NCBI GenBank assembly: GCA_903823025.1
Contig: CAIJRK010000062.1
Coordinates: 1,710 to 65,709, forward strand
DNA from: an uncultured beta proteobacterium
GTDB taxonomy: Bacteria; Pseudomonadota; Gammaproteobacteria; Burkholderiales; Burkholderiaceae_C
DNA: 64,000 bases
Direction of reading: 5' to 3'
Made by a program: the position numbers and the translations under genes. The notes beneath the pieces were generated by a model. That model made no database searches. It saw nothing but the letters and a program-made list of their open reading frames with translations, and was not told where the DNA came from. Below are positions 9,096 through 17,856 of this stretch, one piece after another. Position 1 is the first letter of the stretch, and the number at the start of each line of letters is the position of its first letter.

Positions 9096-9511
9096 ACAAA
9101 AACAAACTTTCAGATTACCTTGACCACATCCAACAAGCCGCCACAGAGGCTGGTGACTTTATCAAGGGGATGAGTAAGGATGATTTTTTATCTGACAGGC
9201 GAACTCAAAATGCGGTGGTAATGAGCCTTATCGTTATGGGGGAAGCATCAGCGAAAGTGATGGATATCTATGCCGGTTTTGCGGTGAATCATGCGGTGGT
9301 GCCATGGCGAAAAATGCGGGGTATGCGTAACCGAATCACTCATGGCTATTTTGAAGTTGATTTTGAAATGGTATGGGACACCGTCACAACGGCCTTACCG
9401 GCGTTGCTGGAACAGCTCTCTTGCGTTCGTGAAGACGCTGACGATGAAAGCCACAATGATGACGGAAACGGCATAAACGGCATAAACGGCATAAACGGCA
9501 TCAAATCCTGA
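9092..9511 (+). CDS. HEPN/DUF86 RNase toxin (HepT-like) with repeat-derived C-terminal tail
   Basis: MRGMRNRITHGYFEVD = R-X4-H-X-Y; 4-nt overlap with MNT. Confidence 0.9.
   Translation: MNKNKLSDYLDHIQQAATEAGDFIKGMSKDDFLSDRRTQNAVVMSLIVMGEASAKVMDIYAGFAVNHAVVPWRKMRGMRNRITHGYFEVDFEMVWDTVTTALPALLEQLSCVREDADDESHNDDGNGINGINGINGIKS
9466..9501 (+). repeat. Tandem repeat (AAACGGCAT)x4
   Basis: Four exact 9-bp copies encoding NGI-NGI-NGI-NGI at the end of the HEPN gene. Confidence 0.95.
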
Positions 9512-9520
9512 CGCCACCTT

Positions 9521-10300
9521 CTAGGCTGCTACGGTTTGACCAAAATAGAAAGACTGAATATCGGCACGCTGGCGAATCTCTTGCGCGGTGCCACTGAGTA
9601 CCGCGATGCCGGTGTCGAGCACTGTCACCCGATCTGCATACTGCAGCGCCACGGCGGAATTTTGTTCGGCCACAAGAATGGACAAACCCTCTTCTTGATT
9701 GAGCCGTTTGAGTTGCCCAAAAATGTCTTGAACAATCAGCGGTGCCAATCCCATGGAGGGTTCATCCAGCACCAAGAGTTTGGGCCGCGACATCAAGGCA
9801 CGGCCAATCGCCGTCATCTGCTGTTCGCCGCCCGAGGTTAAGCCGGCATGGATGCGCCGCCGCTCTTTCAGGCGCGGGAATAGGCTGTAGATTCTTTCAA
9901 GGTCGTGGGTCAGTTCGGTACGGCTTGAACTGCGACCCAGCCCTCCGGTCAACAGGTTTTCTTCGACCGTCAGGTTACGAAAGCAGTGGCGACCTTCAAG
10001 CACTTGCACCAGCCCAAGTCGCACCAAAGCGGCCGGACTGGTACGGGCTACATCGACGCCCTGATACAGAATACGGCCCGCCGTGATCTGGCCGCGCTGG
10101 ACTGGTAGCAAGTTGGATACCGCTTTCAGCGTCGTCGATTTGCCCGCTCCATTGGCGCCCAACAAGGCGTGAATCTCGCCCGCTTGCAAGCTCAAACTCA
10201 CGCCATGCAGGGCGATGATCGCGTGCTGGTAAACGGCCTCAACCGCCTCGATGAGCAGCAAGGGTTGCGGGGCAAGCGGGGGCGTAGGCATGGCGGGCAT
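9521..10300 (-). CDS. HAAT (Liv-type) ABC transporter ATP-binding subunit (LivF-like)
   Basis: GANGAGKSTT Walker A, TSGGEQQM signature, LLVLDEPSMGLAP. Confidence 0.9.
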   Translation of the reverse strand: MPAMPTPPLAPQPLLLIEAVEAVYQHAIIALHGVSLSLQAGEIHALLGANGAGKSTTLKAVSNLLPVQRGQITAGRILYQGVDVARTSPAALVRLGLVQVLEGRHCFRNLTVEENLLTGGLGRSSSRTELTHDLERIYSLFPRLKERRRIHAGLTSGGEQQMTAIGRALMSRPKLLVLDEPSMGLAPLIVQDIFGQLKRLNQEEGLSILVAEQNSAVALQYADRVTVLDTGIAVLSGTAQEIRQRADIQSFYFGQTVAA

Positions 10301-10308
10301 TGGGTCGG

Positions 10309-11625
10309 TTAGTCATTAATGCTGGTGCGCAGCTTGATGCTTTTTTCTTTGGCATACGCCTCAGATGACTTTTCGATGATGGGGCGCAGCAACTTCCAGT
10401 CGGGCGCGATCCAGTCAGACACTACGTTCCACTTGGCACCGTCCCATTGCTGGAAGGCCACGCGCCCATTGCCTTCGTGGTTGTCCCAGGTCACGTTGAT
10501 GGAGTGGAACAGGCCTTTGGCACCCAGTGCGGCGGCGCGCGCCTCATCAATTTTGAGATTTTCAAAACTCCAGCGAATCTCATCGCCCGTCAGAGTGCGT
10601 TTACCGAATTTGGCCTGTGCAATGCGTATCGCCTCGACATTCAGAATGCCGTTCAGGACGCCCAGATTGTGATAGACGCTACCGACGCGTTTGGGGTCAG
10701 CCAGATTGCCTTTGCCTGCGTCATACACCGTCTTTTGAATCTCTTGAATGACCGGGTATTGCGCGCCTGCCGCGACCGTCGTAATCGCCACATAGCCCTT
10801 TGCTGCGTCGCCTGCGGGGATCACATCTTCTTCCGAGTTGGACCAGACGTTGCCGATGATGCGGCTGGCCGGGAAGCCTGTTTTTTGCGCGGTCTTGAGC
10901 GCCACCGGATTCATTACGCCCCAACCGCGTAACACCACATAGTCAGGCTTGGCGCGTCGGATCGTCAACCATTGCGATTGCTGTTCGTTACCGGGATGCG
11001 GCACTTCAATTTGCTGCACCGTGAAGCCGTATTTCTTGGCCAGAAGTTCATAGATCGGAATGGTCTCTTTGCCGTAGGGAGAGCCGTGGTAGAGCACCAC
11101 AATCTTCTTGCCTTTTAGTTTGTCGGTGCCGCCCTCTTTGCTGGCGAGGTAGTTGACGATGCCCGAGGTTTCGCTATAGGGGTTGAGCAGCAAGGGGAAA
11201 ACGTACTTGAAAACCCGGCCATCCGTGGTGTCGGTGCGGCCATGGTTGATGGTGAGCAGCGGCACTTTGTCAGCGCTGACGCGGTCAATCAGGGCATAGG
11301 CGATGCCGACTGACAGCGGGTTCCAGCTGGCGATGCCGGGGTGTTGTTTGAGCCGCTCATAGACCTCCACGCCACGCTCGACCTCATACTGCGTTTCACC
11401 TTCTTCCCAAGTCAACTTGACGCCGCCGACACCGCCGTCGCGGGTGTTGACGAGGTTGAGATAGTCGATAAAGCCGCCGAAAAAACCGGTGCCGCCAGCG
11501 GCATAAGCACCGACGCGGTAGCTTTGCAGCGGAAAGAATTGTTCAGCCGCCTGAACCGACTGCAAGCCGGTCACGGCCAGCACGACAGCAGCGGCCGTCA
11601 TGCGAATTTTTTTACTCAGTGACAT
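10309..11625 (-). CDS. HAAT-family periplasmic substrate-binding protein
   Basis: Signal peptide (AAAVVLAVTGLQSVQA), QFFPLQSYRVGAYA, Liv-type fold motifs; lies within the livG/H/M/F-like operon. Confidence 0.88.
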   Translation of the reverse strand: MSLSKKIRMTAAAVVLAVTGLQSVQAAEQFFPLQSYRVGAYAAGGTGFFGGFIDYLNLVNTRDGGVGGVKLTWEEGETQYEVERGVEVYERLKQHPGIASWNPLSVGIAYALIDRVSADKVPLLTINHGRTDTTDGRVFKYVFPLLLNPYSETSGIVNYLASKEGGTDKLKGKKIVVLYHGSPYGKETIPIYELLAKKYGFTVQQIEVPHPGNEQQSQWLTIRRAKPDYVVLRGWGVMNPVALKTAQKTGFPASRIIGNVWSNSEEDVIPAGDAAKGYVAITTVAAGAQYPVIQEIQKTVYDAGKGNLADPKRVGSVYHNLGVLNGILNVEAIRIAQAKFGKRTLTGDEIRWSFENLKIDEARAAALGAKGLFHSINVTWDNHEGNGRVAFQQWDGAKWNVVSDWIAPDWKLLRPIIEKSSEAYAKEKSIKLRTSIND

Positions 11626-11679
11626 GGATAAATGCTCCGGGAGTTGATAAGTTGATGGATGGACAAGGTAAGGGCGGTT

Positions 11680-12741
11680 TCACGCGGCGGGTGAGTGCGG
11701 CGGCGAAAATTTTTTCTTGACGCGTTCCCAGAGGGCGGCTAATCCGTCCGGCTCCACGATCAAAAAAACGATGATGAGAGCGCCCAGCAAGGCGTGCTGG
11801 CTCATCTCAAGAACGCCCGAGCCGAACCAGCTTCCAAACAAGAAGCTGCCGACACGGGACATCAAAATCGGAAACACCACAATCAATGCCGCGCCAAGAA
11901 ATGCGCCCCGAATCGTGGCCAGGCCACCGATGATGATGATGAAAAGAATCTGAAATGAGCGATCCAGATTGAAGCCTGCAGGCTCCACGGTACGCAGATA
12001 AACGAAGGCCCATAGCACCCCGGCGATGCCCGCGATAAAAGAGGAGATGCCGAAGGCCAGCAACTTGGTTCGTCGCACCGGTACGCCGATCACACGGGCG
12101 GCCAATTCGTTGTCGCGCACAGCGATGAAGTTGTGGCCGGTCTGGGTGTTGACCAGTCGCCAGACCAGCGTGGTCAGAATCACCACGATGGTCAACGCCA
12201 ACAGATACCGGCCCACCGGCGTGTCAAGGGTGAAACCAAAAACGTTCAGAACGGGCGCATCGATGACACCTGAGGTACTGTTGTTGGTGAACCAACTGAA
12301 CCGGGTCAGCGTCCACTGCACAAAGAACTGTGCCGCCAGCGTTGAGACCGCCAGATAGAAGCCGCGCAGGCGCAAACTGGGCAGGCCAAAAACCAGTCCG
12401 ACCAGGGTGGCTGCCAAACCCGCCAGCACGATGCTGCCCATCAGGGGCAATCCTTCTACCCGCAGGTTGAAGTTATAGGCCGCGAAGGCGCCTACCGCCA
12501 TAAAAGCCGCCGTGCCCAAAGACAATTGGCCGGCATAGCCTGTCAATAAGTTCAGGCCGACCGCAGCGAGAGAAAGCGCCAGAAATGGCAGCAAAATCGC
12601 ATCAAACCAATAAGGCGTGCCAAATAAGGGCACTACGCCATAAGCCAGCGTCAGTACCGTCAGCGGGGTTACCCACGCCCGCCAGCGCAGGCCTTGGGTG
12701 GTCTGGGGTTGCGTGTGGGTGTTGATGATCAGTGTGTTCAT
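11680..12741 (-). CDS. HAAT ABC permease (LivM-like)
   Basis: GLNLLTGYAGQLSLG, LRLRGFYLAVSTLA, AVRDNELAARVIG. Confidence 0.9.
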   Translation of the reverse strand: MNTLIINTHTQPQTTQGLRWRAWVTPLTVLTLAYGVVPLFGTPYWFDAILLPFLALSLAAVGLNLLTGYAGQLSLGTAAFMAVGAFAAYNFNLRVEGLPLMGSIVLAGLAATLVGLVFGLPSLRLRGFYLAVSTLAAQFFVQWTLTRFSWFTNNSTSGVIDAPVLNVFGFTLDTPVGRYLLALTIVVILTTLVWRLVNTQTGHNFIAVRDNELAARVIGVPVRRTKLLAFGISSFIAGIAGVLWAFVYLRTVEPAGFNLDRSFQILFIIIIGGLATIRGAFLGAALIVVFPILMSRVGSFLFGSWFGSGVLEMSQHALLGALIIVFLIVEPDGLAALWERVKKKFSPPHSPAA

Positions 12742-12744
12742 TGT

Positions 12745-13641
12745 TCAAGCCCTTTCCACCAGCTTTTGACCAAACAGTCCGCTGGGTCGAATCAGTACAA
12801 AGCTCAGGGCCACAACATAAGCGAACCAGCTTTCAATGCCGCCGCCGACAAAAGGTCCAAGGTAAACCTCGGCCAGCTTCTCCAGCGCGCCGATCAGCAA
12901 GCCCGCGACGATGGCCCCCAGAATGGAGTCAAAGCCGCCCAGCACCAGCACCGGGAGCGCCTTGAGCACGACCAGGGACAGAGAAAACTGCACGCCCAGT
13001 CGTGCGCCCCATAGCAAACCCGCCACCAGTGCAATGACCCCAGCCGTTGCCCACACCGTCGCCCAGATGCGTGGCAACCGCAGGCCCACGGTGATGGCGG
13101 CAAAGGTGTCATCGGCGACCGCCCGAAAGGCCAGTCCGACGTGGGTATAGCGGAAAAAAGCCGACAGCAAGGCCACCATCGTGCCCGCCGTAGCCGCTGC
13201 AAACAGGTCAAACTGCGAGACCATAATGCCAAAAAATAGCAGAGGTCCATCGGTGATGCCGAGTTCCAGCGCGTGAACCTGCGTGCCCCAAAGCAGTTGG
13301 GCTACACCCTCAATGACATACGACAAGCCCAGCGTCGCCATGAAAAGTGTGATTGGGGGTTGATTGACCAGCGGGCGTAAAACCGCCCGTTCAATTAGCA
13401 AACCCAGTGCCACCATCACGACAAAGGTCACCAGCAGGGCGAAGGCAAATGGCACGCCGCGTTCCACCAGACTGACAAAAGTGAGCGCGGCAAACAACAG
13501 TTGTGCACCCTGCGCAAAATTGAGTACACCGGAGGTTTTGTAGATCAGCACAAAGCCAATCGCGACCAGTGAATACATCACGCCCGAGAGCAGACCACCG
13601 ATTAAAACTTCGGTAAAAAAGACATAGTCAAATGCTTCCAT
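12745..13641 (-). CDS. HAAT ABC permease (LivH-like)
   Basis: YSLVAIGFVLIYKTSGVLNFAQG, GLAFRAVADD, LIRPSGLFG. Confidence 0.9.
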   Translation of the reverse strand: MEAFDYVFFTEVLIGGLLSGVMYSLVAIGFVLIYKTSGVLNFAQGAQLLFAALTFVSLVERGVPFAFALLVTFVVMVALGLLIERAVLRPLVNQPPITLFMATLGLSYVIEGVAQLLWGTQVHALELGITDGPLLFFGIMVSQFDLFAAATAGTMVALLSAFFRYTHVGLAFRAVADDTFAAITVGLRLPRIWATVWATAGVIALVAGLLWGARLGVQFSLSLVVLKALPVLVLGGFDSILGAIVAGLLIGALEKLAEVYLGPFVGGGIESWFAYVVALSFVLIRPSGLFGQKLVERA

Positions 13642-14444
13642 CAGTGGCTCCTGCTGTCGTCGTGGGCGACACCCAGATAGGCGTCGATGACCACCGGGTC
13701 GGCGCGCACTTGGGCCGGTGTGCCATCGGCAATTTTTCGGCCATAGTCCAGCACGGCGACCCGGTCTGACAAGCCCAGTACGACACCGATGTCATGCTCA
13801 ATCAAAAGAATCGTGGTCCCGAATTTGTCGCGGGCTGCGCGCACAAAATGCGCCATCTCCTGCTTTTCAGTGGCGGTCATGCCTGCCATGGGTTCATCCA
13901 GTAAGAGCAGCTTGGGCCGTGCGACCAAAGCCCGCGCTAATTCAACCCGTTTTTGCAAGCCATAGGGCAGGGTGCTCACCAGGCGTTCGCGTACGGCGTT
14001 CAGACCGAGAAAGTAGAGCATGTCATCGGCCTGCGTGCGGGTATCGAGCCGCTCGCGCCGGGCGCGACCAACGCCCAAAATTTGTTCGACGAAGGTGGAA
14101 CGCACCGTGTCAACCCGTCCTATCGCTACGTTGTCGCGCACGCTCAGGCCCTTGAATAAGGCGAGGTTCTGGAAGGTACGCGCCACGCCCAGACGGGCCA
14201 GTCGTGGGGTGGGCACCTGCGTGAAACTCTGAGCGCCCAACCAGACCTGACCCCGGTCTGGCCGATACAAGCCGGTGATGATGTTCACCAACGAACTTTT
14301 GCCCGCGCCATTAGGGCCAATGACCGCGCGAATTTCTCCCTCGGCAATCGACAGGTCGATCCCCGCCAGTGCGACGACGCCACCGAACGACAAATCAATG
14401 GCGTCCAGTCGCAGCACTGCGGCCCCGGTGGTTTTTTCAGACAA
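13641..14444 (-). CDS. HAAT ABC ATP-binding subunit (LivG-like)
   Basis: [31 protein letters not shown]. Start re-assigned to TTG 14444 (GAGG 6 nt upstream, overlapping the sfnG stop) rather than 14534. Confidence 0.88.
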   Translation of the reverse strand: MSEKTTGAAVLRLDAIDLSFGGVVALAGIDLSIAEGEIRAVIGPNGAGKSSLVNIITGLYRPDRGQVWLGAQSFTQVPTPRLARLGVARTFQNLALFKGLSVRDNVAIGRVDTVRSTFVEQILGVGRARRERLDTRTQADDMLYFLGLNAVRERLVSTLPYGLQKRVELARALVARPKLLLLDEPMAGMTATEKQEMAHFVRAARDKFGTTILLIEHDIGVVLGLSDRVAVLDYGRKIADGTPAQVRADPVVIDAYLGVAHDDSRSH

Positions 14445-15549
14445 GAGCGGCCTCGGTCTCTTTGGCGGGCTGACTGGCCTGCGCGGCTTCCAACTCGCGC
14501 ACCAGTGGCAACACCTTCTGGCCAAAATACTCAACTTCTTCCTGAAAGTGCAGAAAGCCGCTTAACACCAAATCCACGCCAATGGCCTTGAGGGCGACGA
14601 TGCGCTCGGCAATTTGGCGTGGCGTGCCGATCAGGTTGGTCTTGAAGCCATCGTTGTACTGAACCAAGTCCTCGAAGGTTGACTTGGCCCAATTGCCCTC
14701 GCCTTCAGGGCTAGCGTTACCGGCCTGTTTGACGGCATCACCAAATGCATGGACGGCCTCTGGATCAGCTTGAGCGATGATCTCGTTGAGCACCGCTTGT
14801 GCTTCTTCTTGCGTATCGCGCGCAATGATGAAAGCATTCACGCCAATCTTCACTTGGTGATTGTTGGCCGCCGCCTTGGTGCGAATATCGTCAACCTGCG
14901 CCTTGATGCCTTCTACCGTATTGCCGTTGGTGAAATACCAGTCAGAAACACGCGACGCCATGTCGCGTGCAGCGCGTGAGCTACCGCCCTGGAAAATTTC
15001 GGGATGCGGCTTTTGCAACGGCTTGGGACTGAGCGTGTAGTTGTTGAAGCGGTAGAAGTCGCCCCTGAATGTGAAATTATCTTGCGTCCAGATGCCTTTG
15101 AGCACTTGAATAAATTCTTCTGATCGGCGATACCGTTCGTCATGTTCCAGCCACGGTTCCCCAATGGCCGTGAACTCGCCTTTGAACCAACCGCTCACCA
15201 CGTTGATCGCCACGCGGCCTTTGGAGATGTGATCGACCGTTGCCAGTTGTTTGGCAATCACCGCCGGATGCCACGGGCCGGGCAGGATGGCGGCCAACAC
15301 TTTCAGCTTGGTCGTAGCTTGCAATAGCGCCTGACTGAAAGACACGGATTCATGCTGGTACTCAGCGCCATAGCCCGCCGTAAATCTAATCTGGGTCAAG
15401 GCATATTCAAAGCCGGCAGTCTCAGCCGTCTGGGCCAACTTCTCGTTGTATTCCAGGCTCCAGTCAGTGCGTTGTTTGATTTTGCTCACCACCAGGCCAC
15501 CACTCACATTGGGCACCCAATAGGCAAATTTGATAGGCTCTTGACTCAT
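14437..15549 (-). CDS. sfnG: Dimethylsulfone monooxygenase
   Basis: IKFAYWVPNVSGGLVVSKIKQRTDWS...QIRFTAGYGAEYQHESVSFS...QYNDGFKTNLIGTP is diagnostic of SfnG. Confidence 0.93.
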   Translation of the reverse strand: MSQEPIKFAYWVPNVSGGLVVSKIKQRTDWSLEYNEKLAQTAETAGFEYALTQIRFTAGYGAEYQHESVSFSQALLQATTKLKVLAAILPGPWHPAVIAKQLATVDHISKGRVAINVVSGWFKGEFTAIGEPWLEHDERYRRSEEFIQVLKGIWTQDNFTFRGDFYRFNNYTLSPKPLQKPHPEIFQGGSSRAARDMASRVSDWYFTNGNTVEGIKAQVDDIRTKAAANNHQVKIGVNAFIIARDTQEEAQAVLNEIIAQADPEAVHAFGDAVKQAGNASPEGEGNWAKSTFEDLVQYNDGFKTNLIGTPRQIAERIVALKAIGVDLVLSGFLHFQEEVEYFGQKVLPLVRELEAAQASQPAKETEAALV

Positions 15550-15585
15550 GTTTTTTTCTCCAGATAGAGAGGGTTGAAAAATGGA

Positions 15586-16164
15586 TTAGCTTGTCGCTGT
15601 CAAGTTGGCTGAATCAGCCACCTTCACATCACGATGACTCAGGTAGGGCCGCGCGCGATTGACCGCCAGTGAAATACGCTCGGATAGTTCCGTGCTACTG
15701 ACTTGGTAGTTGGTGAAATCGGCCTCGCTGGCATAGACGCCAACGGGCAACGTCAGCGCCTGAAAGAAGCTGAACAGGGGACGCAATTGGTGATCGATGA
15801 TCAAGGCATGACGATCACTGCCGCCCGTGGCCGCCAGCAGAACAGGTACATCTATCAGCGCTTCATGGTGAACAAAATCAAATAAGTGCTTGAACAAGCC
15901 GGTATAACTGGCGCGATAAACCGGCGTAGCGACCAGCAAGAAGTCAGCGGTTTCAATCGCATTCAAATCGTCTTGAACGTCTTGCGGCAATTCACTGCGG
16001 GTGACAGTGCCTGCCAATTTTGGACCGATTTGGCCTAGTTCGATGAGCGTTACTTCAATTGGAAGCACGGCCCCCAGACGCACCAAAATTTCTTCTACCA
16101 GTGCCAGTGTTCGCGAAGGACGTTGTGTGTTAGCGCTGACCGCGACAACCTTTAGTTTGCTCAT
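15586..16164 (-). CDS. msuE: NAD(P)H-dependent FMN reductase (MsuE/SfnF)
   Basis: RPSRTLAL, ATPVYRASYTGLFKHLFD, ATGGSDRHALIIDHQLRPLFSFFQA. Start set to ATG 16164. Confidence 0.9.
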   Translation of the reverse strand: MSKLKVVAVSANTQRPSRTLALVEEILVRLGAVLPIEVTLIELGQIGPKLAGTVTRSELPQDVQDDLNAIETADFLLVATPVYRASYTGLFKHLFDFVHHEALIDVPVLLAATGGSDRHALIIDHQLRPLFSFFQALTLPVGVYASEADFTNYQVSSTELSERISLAVNRARPYLSHRDVKVADSANLTATS

Positions 16165-16224
16165 GCAGCTTCTCCAAAACTTGAGTTGGTGCTGCACGGC
16201 ATGTGGAGCACTCCTACCGTTTAT

Positions 16225-16240
16225 TGCAGAAAGCGTGCCA
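16225..16240 (-). promoter_or_regulatory. sigma54 (-24/-12) promoter of the msuE-sfnG-ABC operon
   Basis: Minus strand TGGCACGCTTTCTGCA. Confidence 0.85.
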
Positions 16241-16322
16241 TGGCTGGAAACCGGTTTGTGAGGCGTTCATCCGTATTTTTCAAGGGATAACTGATGAATT
16301 TCATGCATTCAAAACGAGGGCT

Positions 16323-16360
16323 TGTTGCGTATTCAACTCAGCCCTGTTGAAAACCAAACA
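16323..16360. promoter_or_regulatory. Two tandem candidate SfnR enhancer sites
   Basis: TGTTGCGTATTCAACT (16323-16338) and TGTTGAAAACCAAACA (16345-16360), 80-120 bp upstream of the sigma54 promoter. Confidence 0.65.
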
Positions 16361-16370
16361 GTTATAGGAA

Positions 16371-17582
16371 TCAGGAATAAAAAGAGGGTTTAGGAATCTC
16401 GTCAGTGAGAAACCAAACGCCGAGTTCCCGCAGTTTGTAGTCCACCGGATCGTGCAAGGTGTGGGTTCGCACATTGCGCCAAAACCGATCTGAACGCAGC
16501 TTGCGTGTGGTCGCCCGCGCGCCCATCACGTCAAAGATACGACTGGAAACATTCAGGCCCGCCCGGCTGCTAATCACCTTGGCTGTCGAAACGGCAACCG
16601 CTACATCGCCCCGTATCTCTGGCGTCACACGGTCGCCCAAATCGAGCGCCTTTTGCAGCTTTGATTGCGCCTCGTCTGTCAGGGCGCGTGCGGCAGCGAC
16701 CTCGGTCCAAAGTTCGCCAAAATTGCGCAAGACATAGGGGTCGTCCTCTACCCGACTGACACCGGATGTCAGCCAAGGGCGCGCGGACTCGCGCACATAG
16801 CGCCGCGCCTCGTCCAGCGCACCTTGTGCGATGCCCAAATACACGTTGGTCAGAATCAACTGGCCGACCGTGGAGCGAAGTGAGGCGAAGGGTGAACCCA
16901 ACGGGCCAGGGCTTTGCAAAAACTCGGACTCACTCACCCGGACGTTGATAAAACTCACACTGCCACTGTCGGTTTGCCGCTGCCCCATGTTGTCCCAGTC
17001 GTCATGCACGGTGATACCGCTGCGCCCCGTAGGAATCGCCGTCACCTTGAGCACGCCATCCAGCAAAGCAGACACCACGAGCATGTCTGAATCTGTAGCG
17101 CCTGAGCAAAAACTCTTTTCGCCGTTGATCAAAAATTGCCCGTCATGGCGCGTCAAGACCGTTCGCGTGTCCAGTGGATTGAGCGCATTGCCCCAGAACC
17201 AGCCGTGTGTGGCCGTGTCTGCGAAAAGTGCTCCCCATTGTGTTTCAGGCGCATAAAAGCGCAGGGTTGCTAACTGGAAATGATGGAAGGCGAACAGGTG
17301 AGCCAGAGAACTGTCCACCGCAGCAATGCGGCGCGCCACATGGAGTGCGTCATTCAAATTGCCGCCTGCTCCGCCATAGATTTTAGGAATGGTGAGCAGG
17401 AGTAAACCACTTTGCCGAATCAAGGTGCGCTCATGCAGCGCGGTGCCACCCGTTTCATCGCGCTGTGCCGCCGTCGCTGCAATAGCGTCAAGCAAGGCCG
17501 TGAGCGCCACGCTGTAGTCATCCAGAACGGTCGATGTCGCCGGGTCGGCAGGAATAGAAATTCCGAAGTTAGATACACCCAT
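16371..17582 (-). CDS. Acyl-CoA dehydrogenase-fold monooxygenase, MsuC/SfnC-like
   Basis: LAHLFAFHHFQL, WFWGNALNPLD, KSFCSGATDSD, DDWDNMGQRQTDSGSV, FWRNVRTHTLHDPVDYK...PKPSFYS. Start ATG 17582 (CAGGAG RBS). The MsuC/SfnC subfamily call is inference. Confidence 0.8.
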   Translation of the reverse strand: MGVSNFGISIPADPATSTVLDDYSVALTALLDAIAATAAQRDETGGTALHERTLIRQSGLLLLTIPKIYGGAGGNLNDALHVARRIAAVDSSLAHLFAFHHFQLATLRFYAPETQWGALFADTATHGWFWGNALNPLDTRTVLTRHDGQFLINGEKSFCSGATDSDMLVVSALLDGVLKVTAIPTGRSGITVHDDWDNMGQRQTDSGSVSFINVRVSESEFLQSPGPLGSPFASLRSTVGQLILTNVYLGIAQGALDEARRYVRESARPWLTSGVSRVEDDPYVLRNFGELWTEVAAARALTDEAQSKLQKALDLGDRVTPEIRGDVAVAVSTAKVISSRAGLNVSSRIFDVMGARATTRKLRSDRFWRNVRTHTLHDPVDYKLRELGVWFLTDEIPKPSFYS

Positions 17583-17650
17583 ATAAGCTCCTGTCAAATG
17601 AACAACAGGCTAGACAAAACGTCCGCCTTGATGGTCAAGTTTTATCCTAA

Positions 17651-17666
17651 TGCAAAGGGTATGCCA
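17651..17666 (-). promoter_or_regulatory. sigma54 promoter of the MsuC-like gene
   Basis: Minus strand TGGCATACCCTTTGCA. Confidence 0.8.
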
Positions 17667-17683
17667 TCAAGCACTATGGGTGA

Positions 17684-17730
17684 TGTTGAAATTTCAACAA
17701 CGTAGCCTGGCTAGTGTTGAATAGGCAGCA
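17684..17730. promoter_or_regulatory. Shared enhancer pair between divergent sigma54 promoters
   Basis: Perfect palindrome TGTTGAAATTTCAACA (17684-17699) plus TGTTGAATAGGCAGCA (17715-17730). Confidence 0.7.
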
Positions 17731-17783
17731 GAAAGTTGCGCAAAAACCAGCTGTTAAACCTAAAGCATCCGGGTATTTCAGGG

Positions 17784-17799
17784 TGGCACGAATGCTGCG
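17784..17799 (+). promoter_or_regulatory. sigma54 promoter of ribA-ribH2(-sfnR)
   Basis: TGGCACGAATGCTGCG (GG-N10-GC), 57 bp before the ribA ATG. Confidence 0.8.
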
Positions 17800-17856
17800 T
17801 TATTTCGTAGAACCTTTGAGGTGAATTGATAGAAAACAGACGAGCCTGATCGACCC

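Noticed and set aside
9466-9501. Short repeats as a possible CRISPR array
   Set aside because: 9-bp head-to-tail units with no spacers, inside a CDS; no cas genes. No CRISPR array was seen anywhere in the window.
14445-14534. N-terminal extension of the LivG-like ORF in the ORF track
   Set aside because: Overlaps the sfnG 3' end on the same strand; a TTG start at 14444 with RBS and stop overlap fits better.
17598-17856. FMN riboswitch upstream of ribA
   Set aside because: No RFN-element conserved blocks recognised; the space is taken up by two sigma54 promoters and enhancer sites.
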